Below, one piece after another: positions 1 through 12,280 of a DNA stretch of 64,000 nucleotides. The stretch's first letter is position 1, and each line of letters starts with the position of its first letter. The DNA comes from Sphyrna mokarran (taxonomy: Eukaryota). The position numbers were made by a program, and so were the translations under genes. Below the pieces are notes generated by a model. The model saw only the letters and a list, made by a program, of their open reading frames with translations, had not been told where the DNA came from and did no database searches. The stretch is from NCBI GenBank assembly GCA_024679065.1, contig JAGIQG010000008.1, positions 97,278,001 through 97,342,000 of the forward strand, given 5' to 3'.

Positions 1-1247
1 CATCTTGGAATTTGGTGGAAGGCATGTCGCTGTATAGATGTGAAAAAGATAGTGCTGCAGAATACTGCTCTGCCTCATGGCCCCGCAGTCGCTCACAATT
101 CCAATTCCATTAAGGCAGCAATTTTTCAATTTACTGTCATTTTTTTCTATTATCTGTTTATCATAGATATTTTTCTATTCAGATTTCCCTTTTTTTTAAG
201 CCAGCTTCATGAAGCTTTTGCTTTCCTTGCAAGTGGTGAGGTTCCGCTTTCTGTCTTCACTGTTCCATAAGATGTGTTAGCCTTGTGCTTTTTTTTTTGA
301 AGGCTTGCTTTCAGTATTCGTTGGTTTCTTTCATTTCATCAGGTCTTTATTATTGCATTGATATTTGTGAGAACTTGCTTTGTACATAATGATCTTGGAC
401 ATGTCAGAGTCATTTAAGTTCAGCCTACCATCCATAAGGTGTTGAAAAACTGCAAAGAATGTTAAAAGTGTGCTGACCTTTCTGGGAAACTGCAGCTAAT
501 ATCCATGCATCCATTGTGCAACCCAGAAGGAGAGAATTGTGGGCATGTGCAACATAAACCCACATATCATCAGTCATCCAACAACAGAGGTCACCAGCTT
601 CGACCTCCAACAAGACAGTGGATGGCACTCAATATTGTGTGTGCACAATGAGGGGCAACCTGGGGTGCAATTGTGACCATCAGTTCCTGTCAATGGATCC
701 CATCGCAACAGTTCTTCCACTAATATCTATTACAGGAGGCATCCCATTTCTCTTGGCAGTGGAATACATTGCAACAACCTTTCCACTGATACCTGTTGCA
801 GGAGGCATCTCATTTCTCCACTCAGAAGCCACTGAATAGACAGTAAAACCAAACATCTCATTATAAGCTGTCCTTGTCATACAACAATAATAATAGTGAA
901 AAAAATGGAAAATTGTTGTGATAAGAAAGCTCAGTGAGATGGAACTAATGCCCTTACATAGAGTTGATTCTATACCTTAACTTAGAATGGTTAATGTTGA
1001 TGGAACACAGTGGAAAATGGTATTGCGAAATCTATTCCCTTCATCGTTAAGAATCCAAACTTGAAATAATAATCACATCTCTTCTTTTCACAGCTGCTAG
1101 TGGATCTGCTGTTTATTTCTAGTGTTTTCTATTTTCAATTCCAATATCCCATCTCTTTTACGTTATGTTGTAATTTATTCTATCAACATCACTAAAAACA
1201 TACCATCAAGTCTTTATTGCATTGATGTTTGTGAGAACTTGCTGTAC

Positions 1248-1332
1248 AGGAAGACACAAGAGTGTTGAAAGCTCGCAATTTTACTATCAAATAAATCGGT
1301 TGGATTAAAAATTGGTGTTGCTAAATTCTTAC
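1248..1332 (+). mobile_element. 85-bp Penelope pLTR fragment inserted in a Deu-type SINE
   Basis: AGGAAGACACAAGAGTGTTGAAAGCTCGC..GCTAAATTCTTAC; removing it restores the host sequence cttgctgtac|acaaattg. Confidence 0.85.
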
Positions 1333-1702
1333 ACAAATTGATTGCCATATTTCCTAATTACAGTAATCAGTTGGAAAACATTTTGATGGTTTAAAAAAAA
1401 ATTCCTTTCCCATTCTGAATAATAATCAATCTCCTTCTGCACCGCCAGCCTCAAACTGTCTCTGAGTTAGAAAATCTAAGATCCAGTCGCAGAGGGAGGA
1501 GCTGAGCCCTAGGCCACAGAATTTGGCGATGAGTTTTGTAGGAATAATGATGTTCAAGATTGAGCTGTAGTCAGTAAATAGGAGTCTGACATAAGAGTCC
1601 TTGTTACCAGGTAGATGAGGGTTGAGTGTAGGGCTGAGGAGGTGGTATCTGCTGTGGACCTATTGCAGCGATGGACGAACTTCAGTGGATCCAGTCAAAT
1701 GC

Positions 1703-1974
1703 GTGGCACAGTGACACATTAGTTAGCACTACTGCGCCTCAGCATCAGGGACCCGGTTTTGATTCCTGGCTTGGGTCACAGTCTGTATGGAGTTTGCACA
1801 TTCTTGTCGTGGCTGCATGGGTTTTCTCAGGATGCTCCAGTTCCTCCCATAGTCCAAACACGTGCTAGTTAAGTGCAGTGACCCGAACAGGCACCGAAGT
1901 GTTGCAACTAGGGTAGTTTCACAGTACCTTCATTGCAGTGTTAATGTAAGCCTTATTTGTGACTAATAAATAAA
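1703..1974 (+). mobile_element. HE1-type tRNA/V-SINE, Rex1-like tail variant
   Basis: A/B-box head, V-domain, tail ..TTTCACAGTA..TGTGACTAATAAATAAA. Confidence 0.88.
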
Positions 1975-2016
1975 TGTTAGTTTATAACTATAACTATATT
2001 ATAGTATATTTATACT

Positions 2017-2222
2017 AAAAACATGCTCTTAGGGTGATTGGTGTTAACAAATTGTCCCTAAATTAGGCATCCTCAATCTGGTTATGGTTCCTTTATTGTG
2101 GAGTCCAATAGGCGTAGACAAAGATCATAAGTAGAAGAGGGTACTCTCAATGTTAAAATGGTGGCGCGGGCTCATTAAGCCGAAGGGCCTGTTTCCTGTG
2201 CTGTGTTGTTCTTTGTTCTTTG
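2017..2222 (+). mobile_element. Family X 5'-truncated, diverged copy
   Basis: TGCTCTTAGG..GTGGCGCGGGCTC..GGGCCTGTTTCC..(TTCTTTG)2. Confidence 0.7.
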
Positions 2223-2801
2223 TTAACTTTAACTTTCTGCAAGGCTGGAATTGATCCGTACCTTTTCAACACATGCCCATATACACTGTTTGACATTTTA
2301 TACAAATTTACTATTTCCTATTCCAATATCTGCTTGGTTTGGTTGAAAGTGAATGTTGGAGATTCAGTGCAGTAGTGAGTACTCACTACTGTCGCATCTT
2401 CTTTTGAATGGATTGTTTAAGTGAGGCTTCATTCTTCTTAAGATGGATGTTAAAGAGACTGTTCTATTTCAAAATAGAAAAGTAGTATTCTGGCTGTTTT
2501 CTTTTTTTATTTATTCGTGGGACAGGAGCAATGCTGACTGGCCAGCATTTATTGCCTGTCCCTAATTACCCAAGGGCAGTTGAAAGTCAACCACATTGCT
2601 GTGGCTCTGGAGTCACATGTAGGCCAGTTTAGGTAAGGATGGCAGATTTCCTTCCCTAAAGGATGTTAGTAAACCAAATGGGTTTTACCATTCTTCGACC
2701 AATATTCTATATTGCCAGTAGTGGAGATATGTATATAATTTACATGTATATGTAAATTTATGTGTACCTGTGCTAATGATCTATTGATTTATGTTTTGCA
2801 G

Positions 2802-3113
2802 CTTTTCCTACTCTAAGTGCGATCATCTGTGAGCCAAGGAACCCTGTGATTGGAGAACAATTGACTTTGACCTGCAAAGTGCATTCATTTTACCCTAAAG
2901 ATATTAGTGTTCGATGGTTGAAAAATGAAGATGTTATTACGGATACAAAAACATCTGAAATAGTTAAAAATCCTGAAAATGTGTTATATGAACTTACCAG
3001 TTCATGCACATTTACTGCAACATTATCAGACCTAAGCAGTAAATATAGATGCCAGGTTCATCATGAGAGTCTAATGTATCCAAGGTTTGCGGAATATATT
3101 CCTGGAAGTTTAG
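2802..3113 (+). CDS. Ig C1-set domain exon A of a tandem multi-Ig-domain gene (5' exons lie outside the window or were not recognised)
   Basis: tttgcag acceptor at 2801 and G|gtatgt donor at 3114; 312 nt, phase 1-1; translates FPTLSAIICEP..LTLTCKVHSFYPKDISVRWLKNE..YRCQVHHESL, with the C1-set motifs L-x-C, FYP, W and Y-x-C-x-V-x-H. Confidence 0.93.
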
Positions 3114-4391
3114 GTATGTTTATTCTTAGTTTAAAAATATAAAAATGAGGATGTCTTATTTATAATCAAATTATCTTGCATTCTAATTTCACAAAATGGA
3201 TTTAGTAAAATTAGTGATGTTGTTCCTCACCTTTTACTTTTCATGCTTGAATGTAGTTGTCAGCTGTTTCTGTTGAGCAAACAGTACTACTGGAATTTAA
3301 AAGTGTTCTAATGGTACAGAATGGTTAAGTGCACCTCATGGTACCCCAAATAGGTTTGTAAGAGAATTTCACTACTACAAGTAATTATTCAGGGCAGATT
3401 TCAGCTGAGACACAGGTTATGCTGGTAGCTATCTTACTTTGGCTGTGGTAAAATCAGCTTACTGTCATCAAAATGAAATTCAGTTTTGAAGTTATCGGTG
3501 CGTTGATGAGAATTTTTTTATTCCTGGAGCGTTTATATACTTAAAACATATATGCTATACTTAAAATAATCCAGGTGACAAGGAGAGAAAAGGCACAAAA
3601 CCAGGTGCGAGAAATTGGGTTACATTCTTACTAGGCATATTAAAAGTAGATCTGGTATTGCTGAAATGGTATTGTTCGTTAAAATGTCTTATTTCTCAAA
3701 AACATGATTAGTGTTCAGGAAATTATGCTTGCCAGACATTAAGGCCCTGATGTACACCCACCCAAGGCTCGTAAGATCGCGTCCAAGGCCAACTGAGAAT
3801 GCCATTCTATGAGCCTCGCCCGCCTTGATTTCGAGGCGGATGTACCTGTAAAATTAGGACACAAGCCCTTGATTTTGTAAATTTTACTGCAGAAACAAAT
3901 ATTTTTCTACTGTGGAATGACAACTGAGCAGTACGATTGTTATATTGTCTTTTTTCCCAGCGTTTTAAATTATATATAACCCAATTACTCTGTTGCAGGT
4001 TCAGGTAATGTGCCAAAATCCTAATGATAATCTTACGAACATTCAGTCTATTCCCAGTTGAAGCTACAATTTTCCTGATCTGCATGATGTTCTAGTGGTA
4101 AAATATAGTTAATTTTTGGAAAGAAAAGCTGAATAACTCTTTCTGTGGAGTTTTGCAATGATAAACTAACCTGGAGAATAATATTAATTTAAAATTTTAA
4201 AACTCATTTGCATATGTGGGGCTATCTATATGTAGCACTGAATGTTAAGATCCTACTTGTTTGCTGCTTTCCAGTTAAAAGCCTTGAATAAATTCAACAT
4301 AGCTTGTTACACAATTTTTGGTATTTATGTTTGCAACAAATATTGGAACATTGTACTTCAGTTTTTCTTAATGTATTTCTTTTTATTTCAG

Positions 4392-4718
4392 TATCTTTTC
4401 CCAAAGTCTCTGAAATTACCTGCAATCCTACTATCCCTGAACTAGGGAGAGAATTGATTTTAACCTGTAAGATAAGTGAATTTTATCCAGAGGATATTCA
4501 AGTTGAATGGTTCAGAAATGAAGTGAGAATAAATGACGATGTAAAACACAGAGTAGTTACGGAAACATCACAGTGTGAAAATGGTCTGTACAACAAAATC
4601 TCCACAGTAACCATGCCTCCAACTTCTGATGATCATCAAGCTGAATATAGAATTGAAGTCTGTCATTCCAAATCTTCAACCAAACCTTTTAAGCAATGTT
4701 ACCAGCTATTTCTTAAAG
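4392..4718 (+). CDS. Ig C1-set domain exon B
   Basis: tttcag acceptor at 4391 and G|gtgagt donor at 4719; 327 nt, phase 1-1; LILTCKISEFYPEDIQVEWFRNE..EYRIEVCHSK. Confidence 0.93.
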
Positions 4719-6590
4719 GTGAGTTTTTTTTTTCCTCTTTGGTGAAGCAAGCCGTGATGGTAATTTTTCAAAGATCTTAATGAGGAAGCTATTGTGAATT
4801 GATGACAGGATTTGTCTCTTGCTCTGTGAGAGGTTAACAAAAATGTATTTGAAATACTAAAACATCACCTTAATTGTGCAATTATATCTTCCCTTCCATT
4901 TTATTTGTTCTGAATGAGTGGCTCAATTTGTCACTGTTTAATTAACATTATTGAAAAATATATGTACAAATATACAAAGTAAGAGCAGGAATAGGCCACT
5001 TGGCCCCTTGAGGCCGCTCCTAATTATACAAAATTTGCCAATGTTAGTATCATTTTCTGCTTCATCTTGGCCTGTGGAGCCTAAGCTAAATATGAATGAC
5101 AATGATAGGTCTGTTTACTATTGTTTAACTTTTGAATATTGTTACAATATTCTATGAAGTGACTCCTTTCTTTATCCCATTCCTGAGTTAGTGTCAGAAT
5201 TTGAATTTTAAAGGAAGCTGCTGTGGCCAATGCAATAATGTATTTAACTGTGTGTAGCTCAGTGGAAGAAATAAGCCAACCAGATTCTTCAAGTTTACAG
5301 AAGTTAGTTTTTTTTAATTGTTGAAGCTTAATCAGGTATAGGTGCAGAAAAAAATTAACAGAAATTTTAAAATGTGCCAATATGTTTAAATAGCCATGAT
5401 GCAAAAACAACATGCACCAAACATGCACAAAATGAGAAAAAATTCTAACTGCCAGATCTTAAAATAAAATTGGCCAAGTAGCAAGTCAGAAAAAAAAAAT
5501 TCATAAATCGTCCAGAAGGAGTTTTGTTTTAGAACGGAAGAATCCCATTCCGTGTTGGAGCAGTCACCTACAATCATGGCTGGTTGATGTAGAATTCTCC
5601 TTTGAGAACTCTTGGTTTGTAACAATAAAGTCTCAAATTATAAACAGCTCAGCTTTGATGAGAGAGGTTTCAGGAAAGAAATGGGCTAACTTTCTGGCTG
5701 TCTTACACCCAGCATATTTTTTTCACCCAAGAGCTGGAACATGTGACCCCTCTCTGAGAGCTGCATAGATTCATGGTCTCTACAAAAGCAGCTGTTATCC
5801 TCCACAAATTCAGCATAGTGGCTGCTGTAGCCAGTATCCTTTGCCTGAATTTTTCTTTCTGACGAATCATGTTATAGATTAATATTTTATATAACATATC
5901 TTCATAACAGTATGAAGAAAATCCTGACCATGTCCTCTGATGTTCTATGACACTATCATCACTGACTCCCCAACAACACCGTCAATACCCTGGAATACCA
6001 ATATCCTGAAACTCTATTGGATAAGCCACATAAATGTCTCAGCCACGAGAGATTTGACACTCTGTGGTGAGTGGCTCATCTGACTCACCAGAAACTTTCC
6101 ACTTCTACAAAGCTGTGATTGAATACTGTCTGTGTAGCTCTTTGGGCGCACTTCAGCAACAATGAAGAATCTTGCCATTAACTAATACAGGCTACTGAAT
6201 TGACACCGTCTAGTATAAATGTTCTCGTATTCCACTTGGGGTGTACTATGGGTGCAATGTGAACTCCGTACAGGAAACACTGCAACAAGTTGTTAAAACA
6301 TCTGAAGATGATCTTTGACCTTTAACACCTGGAAGGACATGATTTGGACGTCAATGCTGTTCCTTCTACACCTAGGCCAAATTCCTGAAATTCTATACCT
6401 AGCAATGCTACGGGAACCTGCATGCAGCAGTTTATCACCTCTTTTAAGGGTGAATGGAGTTGAGTAACAAATGGTAGCCTTGCCAGTATGACCCATCCAA
6501 AAAGTACTTAAAATAATATGTTGGCAGATTGGATGTGGCTTAGTTTGGTCTTTTGTATTAATTAAATATATTATTTCTCTCTGTTTATAG

Positions 6591-6905
6591 GCTCGCCAAA
6601 ATTTTCAAAGATCACGATGAAACCAGAGTGCCCTTTGTATGGGCAGCTTTTATCTGTGTCGACTTCAGTGTATGAAATTCCCCATAACAATGTTACAGTC
6701 GAATGGTATAAAGCATCTGAGCGCATCAAAGATGTGAAAAATTCAAATCTTGTGCGTAACGGTGAAAACTCATACAAAATAGACAGTCATCTGGAGTTTA
6801 CAGTGACTGCAGAAGACTTTGAAAGAGATTTATACTTTCTGTACAGAGACAATTCTAAAACTGATGTACCTGCATTCAAAAAACGTATTCAACTGCCACT
6901 TAAAG
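6591..6905 (+). CDS. Divergent Ig-like domain exon C (lacks both canonical Cys)
   Basis: tttatag acceptor at 6590 and G|gtaagt donor at 6906; 315 nt, phase 1-1, open frame; GSPKFSKITMKPECPLYGQLLSVS..VTVEWYK..YKIDSHLEFTVTAEDF..LPLK, same length and N-terminal P-x2-S-x-I pattern as exons A, B and D. Confidence 0.88.
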
Positions 6906-8008
6906 GTAAGTGTATGTCATGTGTTTATCTGTATGTATGTTTGAAAAAGCAGGTTTTGTTGATAATTCACATGAAAATAAATATATAATACAGCATTGAA
7001 GATGACCACCCTGTTTTGCTGAACAACAAAGGAATAGTTTTCATTATTCATCTCACATACAGTTGTGAATGAACCTTTTGTGGGTTTCTCAGGAGAGTTT
7101 TCCCAGCTTCATCTAAATTGTCCCAATTTAAATTAAGCTGATGCAATGTCTGTCTGCGTAGCTTTTTGGGTACACTTCAGCAACAATGAAGAATCTCACC
7201 ATTAACTAAAAACATGCTAATGGGAGAATTGCAGGGTAAATACATGGGGTTATGGCAATAGGGCCTGGGTGAGATTGTTGTCGGTGCAGGCTGGATGGGC
7301 TGAAAGGCCTCCTTCTGCACTTGTAGGGCTTCTATGATTCTATAATCGTAGATGGACTCTATTAGCAGGGAATCTGAGACATCTGTGAACAGGTCTAGTA
7401 TCCTGCAGATTTCAACAAGATTGAAGGATCTTCACTGATGTGTGCAGATATCAAAGCTAGAAGTAAAAACAAAAATTAAATATAATTCATATTAAAAGCA
7501 TACAAGAAACTTAAATAAACATATGGGGTCAATGGAAATATGAAAAATGTACAAAACAGAAATGCTGTATAAAATATCATTAAATTTCATATTTCTTCTG
7601 AAGCACTGAGACTCCACACTTGCCAAAATTAATTTATAGTGCAATCACTATAAGCTCCAGATGACTGTCTAAAGTTACGGCTAATGCTGATTGAGCAGGC
7701 CAACCTTTTCATTTATTTTTAAAATGAGAATAGTGGATAAATTAACTCAATGTTTAAGCCGTGATAGTGATTTCTGTGCAGATTCCATTGGCGAAGCCAA
7801 AGGTGGGACAGGATATCCCAGATAACAATTCTTTGTGCAAGTGAATTTTAATTATTTTATACCACTCTTTGAAACTTAAAATAAATGTTTATCTTGAATA
7901 GTTACTGAGAAAGCTTTTTAAATCCTTAAAACCATAAAAATAAATGTATTTTTAGGAGTCTGATTGCAGGTGATATTTTGCTATATTTTGTTTCTGCATA
8001 TTCCACAG

Positions 8009-8316
8009 CTGTGACTCCCAAAGTATCAGAAATCAAGTGTCATCCTGCTCATCCGAAAAATGGTGAAAGTGTAACTCTTACTTGCATGGTTGAACATTTT
8101 TGTCCAGTGGACATAGATATTCTTTGGAGCAAGGGATGGACGGAATACAAGGATAAGCAAAGTGTTGAAACACCCAGAATTGACAACATGGGACTTTATT
8201 CCACAGTTACGAAGTTGTCTATCACCGCAAATGAAGGTACAGCAGAATACAGCTGTGAAGTTCGGCACACGAAAACCAATGATATTATAGAGAAGATGTT
8301 CACTCTGTCTGTTTAG
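8009..8316 (+). CDS. Ig C1-set domain exon D, ending in the stop codon
   Basis: ccacag acceptor at 8008; VTLTCMVEHFCPVDIDILWSKG..YSCEVRH; TAG at 8314-8316 is immediately followed by gtatgt. Confidence 0.9.
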
Positions 8317-8417
8317 GTATGTTCTGCAATTTCTATGCAGCTTGATAATTTGCTTTTAATACTAGCCATTTTTGAACAATTAAACGTGATACATCCAACT
8401 TGAGAAGGTGGAGATCT

Positions 8418-8510
8418 CAAATAAAAACAGTAACTGGAAAAGCCCAGCAGGTCTGATAGTACCAGTGAAGAGTGAAACAGTTCACTTTTTCATTCAGTGT
8501 GACTCTTCAG
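8418..8510 (-). mobile_element. Older Penelope-type pLTR relic (related relics at about 1060-1140, 16270-16310, 24945-25000 and 39600-39685)
   Basis: AAATAAAAACAG..CTGGAAAA..CAGCAGGTCTG..AGAGTGAAACAG..GACTCTTCAG pattern, recalled as a common shark repeat, with a decayed CUGA..GAAA on the minus strand. Confidence 0.5.
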
Positions 8511-8548
8511 TGATGGAGAGCAAATAATGTTAGCTCATTGAAGCACTA

Positions 8549-9992
8549 CTAGAATCATAGAAGTTTGCAGCATGAAAACAGGCCCTTCAACCCAACTTGC
8601 CCATGCCAGCCTTTTTTTTTAACCCCCTAAGCTAATCCCTATTGCTCACATTTGGCCCATATCCCTCTGTACCCATTTTATCCATATAACTGTCTAAATG
8701 TTTTTTAAAAGACAAAATTGTACCTGCCTCTACTACTATCTCTGGCAGATACCTTTGTGTGAAAAGATTGCCCCTCTAGACACTTCTGTATCTCTTGGTC
8801 TCACCTTAAACCTATGCTCTCTGGTTTTAGATTCTCTTATCTTTGGGAAAAGATATTGACTATTAGGGTGATCTGTGCCCTTCATTATTTTATAACATCT
8901 ATATGATCATCCTCATATAGTGATGATATATTAACCTCAGCCTTCATCCTCATCCTCAGCCTTTTACGCTCCAGAGAAGAAGTTTCTATCCAGCCTCTCC
9001 TTTATAACTCAAACCATCAAGTCCCAGGAGCATCCTAGTAAATTTTTTCTACACTCTTTCTAGTTTAATAATATCCTTTCTATAATAGGGTGACCAGAAT
9101 TGTACACAGTATTCCAAGAATGACCTTACCAATATCTTGTACAACTTCAATAAGATGTCCCAACTCCTGTATTCAATGTTCTGACTAATGAAACCAAGCA
9201 TACTGAATACCTTCTTCACCACTCTGTCCACCTGTGACTCCACTTTCAAGGAACTGTGAACATTGTTCTGTAACTCTCCCCATGCCTCTACCATTAACTG
9301 ACTTCGTCTTGTCCTGGTTCAATATGTCAAAATGCATACTTCGCTTTTATCTAAATTAAACTCCATTTGCCATTCATTAGTCCATTGGCCCAATTGATCA
9401 AGATCCTGTTGCAATTGGAAATAATTTTTTTCACGGTCCACTATGCAACCAATCTTGGTATCATCTGCAAACTTACTAACCGTGCCTTGTATATTTTCAT
9501 CCAAATCATTAATATAAATGGCAAATAACAGTGGACTCAGCATTGATCCCTGAGGCACACTGCTGGTCACAGGCTGCCAATTTGAAAAACAACCCTCTAC
9601 AATCACCCTCTGGTTTCTGTCAAGAAATTAATTTTGTATTCATGTAGATACCTCCCCTGGATCCCATGAGATTTAACCTTACGCAACAACCTACCATGTG
9701 GTACCTTGTCAAAGGCCTTTCTAAAGTCCAACATCAACTGCACTGTCCTCATCTACCTTCTTGGATACCCCTTCAAAAAACTCAATCAAATTTGAGAGAC
9801 ATGATCTTCCACCACAAAGCCATGCTGACTGTCCCTAACCAATCCTTGCTTCTCTAAATGCCTGTAGATCCTATCCCACAAAATACCTTCCAACAATTTA
9901 CCCACCACAGATGTGAGGCTCACTGGCCTGTTGTTCCCAGGCTTTTCTCTGCATCCCTTTTTAAACAAAGGCGCAACATGGCACTAGTTCAA
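8549..9992 (-). mobile_element. CR1-clade LINE 3' fragment (RT + tail)
   Basis: minus-strand ORFs with PVSLTSVVGK, VPQGS..PLLF, KFADDTK and LEYCVQFWSP; candidate TSD AAGCACTA at 8541-8548 and 9993-10000. Confidence 0.93.
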
Positions 9993-12280
9993 AAGCACTA
10001 AAAGATTTTGTCACTGTGGTGTTCAACCAATTTAAAAGTCTCCTCTATTACAAAATGTAATATAATTAACAGATACAACAGCTTTTAAGTGTGTGTAATT
10101 GTTCACTATTAGCATTAATGACTTGGGGATGGGGTGGGTGGGTGGTAAAGATTTCCAAATTTGCCAATGATATAGGGAGGGTGAAAGGGCAGGTTGTGAG
10201 GATATTGTTGATCTGCAATAGGATATATACATAGATGGGTAACTGGGTGGAAACCTGGCAAATGGAGTCTAATGTGGGGAAATGTGAGCTCATGCACTTC
10301 ACTAGGAAGAATCAAAAAGCACACTATTATCTAAATGGATTCTCTAAATGTCATGATGCAAGCTATGAGATTTAATTCAACAAATCTAATCATTTAAGTC
10401 TCTCACCAAAAGAAACACTACCATAGAAGCTGCCACATTATCAGGGAATCAGCCTTGCCTCCATGTGACTGCATTCCCAGATTAGATGACTCATACTAAC
10501 AGTTTCAGGTCCCAGAAGATCTTTGGTCTCTCTAATCACTTAGTATTCCCTCGATGCATTTAGTACCTTCTAAAGTGGCCTGGCAAATTGATGAAAATAA
10601 GAATTAGTATTAAATGTGGTTTCGCAAGTCAGAGGTCGCCATCGTGTCTAGCTGCTTCTCTAACACTGGCAGCCTCCCAGTATTAGAGCTGATGGATTGT
10701 TTTTGAAAATTGGCCATAATGTAGAGTATTGCAATACTAATGGGCCATTCTAGATGGTCGTTGTAATGAATTATGATGTGAGGTAGCCAACCTATTTTAT
10801 TTCAATTTATGGTAAAGAGGATCTGAACTGAATTGATCAGAAAACCACTTTGAAAATTCTCTTGAACACTAAGGAGTTGTGGATAATCTGAATGATCTTT
10901 TCTTTTTGAATAATGTTTCCTAAAAATTATTTTTTTAACAACTCAATGGTTTATTTTCTGAAATGAAGTAATTATTTTTCATGATATATTGGGAAGTACA
11001 TTATTTAGTAGTGGAAGAAGTTGCGTTTTATAATTTTACTCAGAGTATTAGGAAACTTTATCTTTTCTATTTTGCAATTGACATTTTCTGTTTTACTATC
11101 TGCTCAAATTGAATACGCTTGGCGTTGTTCCAAAGTTTCTTAACATTGAAAATTTAAGCAACAATGATTCTGATGCCTGTCATGTCTTATGCCAAGTTGT
11201 TAAAGTTGCATGTTCACAAACATGTAAACTATGTAATTATGTTATGTAAATATAGTGAATAAATGTAAATAATGTTTTGGTGCTTTGTTATATAAATGTT
11301 GTGTAGTGTTCTGATTTAAGGAAAATAAAGATGCCTCAAACAGCAACTCATGATTTGGAGTTATCATTTAAGATTTTAAGAATTTGAGAACTGAAAATAC
11401 AGGGTTAAAATGTATAGATTTAGAAATTAGTGTTAATTATAGTACAGGGCACAGTATGACTCTGCCTTATCACCTACAATTGACAATGTAACTCCTTCCA
11501 CAGTTAAATTATTTTATTGTATTTGTTCCTGATTCTAGAAGATAGTCAAACATACATTGTAAGTGAAACTTTAGCAGCAGTTTTGTTTCAGTAACTGATC
11601 TTCAGGGTCAGATTGTGGAGAATTCAAACTTTAAACCTTCTGAAATGAACTTTAACATTTCAATCAATGAAGAGTATTGTAACAGGTTTGAGGACTTTAC
11701 AACTTGTGTATCAGTAAAATAGTAGTATAACCCAGGAGCCTGGTCACTCTTAAACAGGCGAAAGGCAACAAAAGTGAAGCTACTTAAAAGTAATAGTCCC
11801 AGAGCGTTTTAGTTTCACAGACTATTATCTAATAGCATTTGGATTTGAATATAAAAATCTTGCAGTTCAGTTCAAACAGTTCTATTTGCTTTATGTTATC
11901 AAAGTGCTAAGTTTACAAAATGCTGTTCCTTATCATCAAACCAGCAAGCTGCATATTTAAAAATCTGCTATTCTTAAGCTGGCACAGTTAGCTGACCTGG
12001 ATATTTCCATTATATTGGTTTGCAAGAAGCTATAAGCTGCAAGATTCCACAGACTGTTGTATTCATATCTTAAATGCTGATCTTTGTCCTTTCTGGCTCG
12101 TTTCAAAACAAATACACGCAAGTTTGCTTTGGTTTGGCACAGAAAACTGCCTTTAAGAGTGAACATGATTGGAATTTTCAAGTTTTAATATAATTTGTAA
12201 TGTACCCTCTTCTTATACCATAACAATATTAGAAAAGTGACAGCAGAAACTGGACTTAAAAATCTCAAGCTGACATTTTA

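Noticed and set aside
2802-8316. Assignment as an IgM/IgW/IgNAR constant region or MHC gene
   Set aside because: No secretory tail or TM exon, atypical A-strand pattern and Cys loss; not supportable without a search.
10494-10508. TACTAAC branch point plus tttcag as acceptor of the Ig gene's 3'-UTR exon
   Set aside because: Branch-to-AG distance is unusually short with almost no pyrimidine tract; needs transcript evidence.
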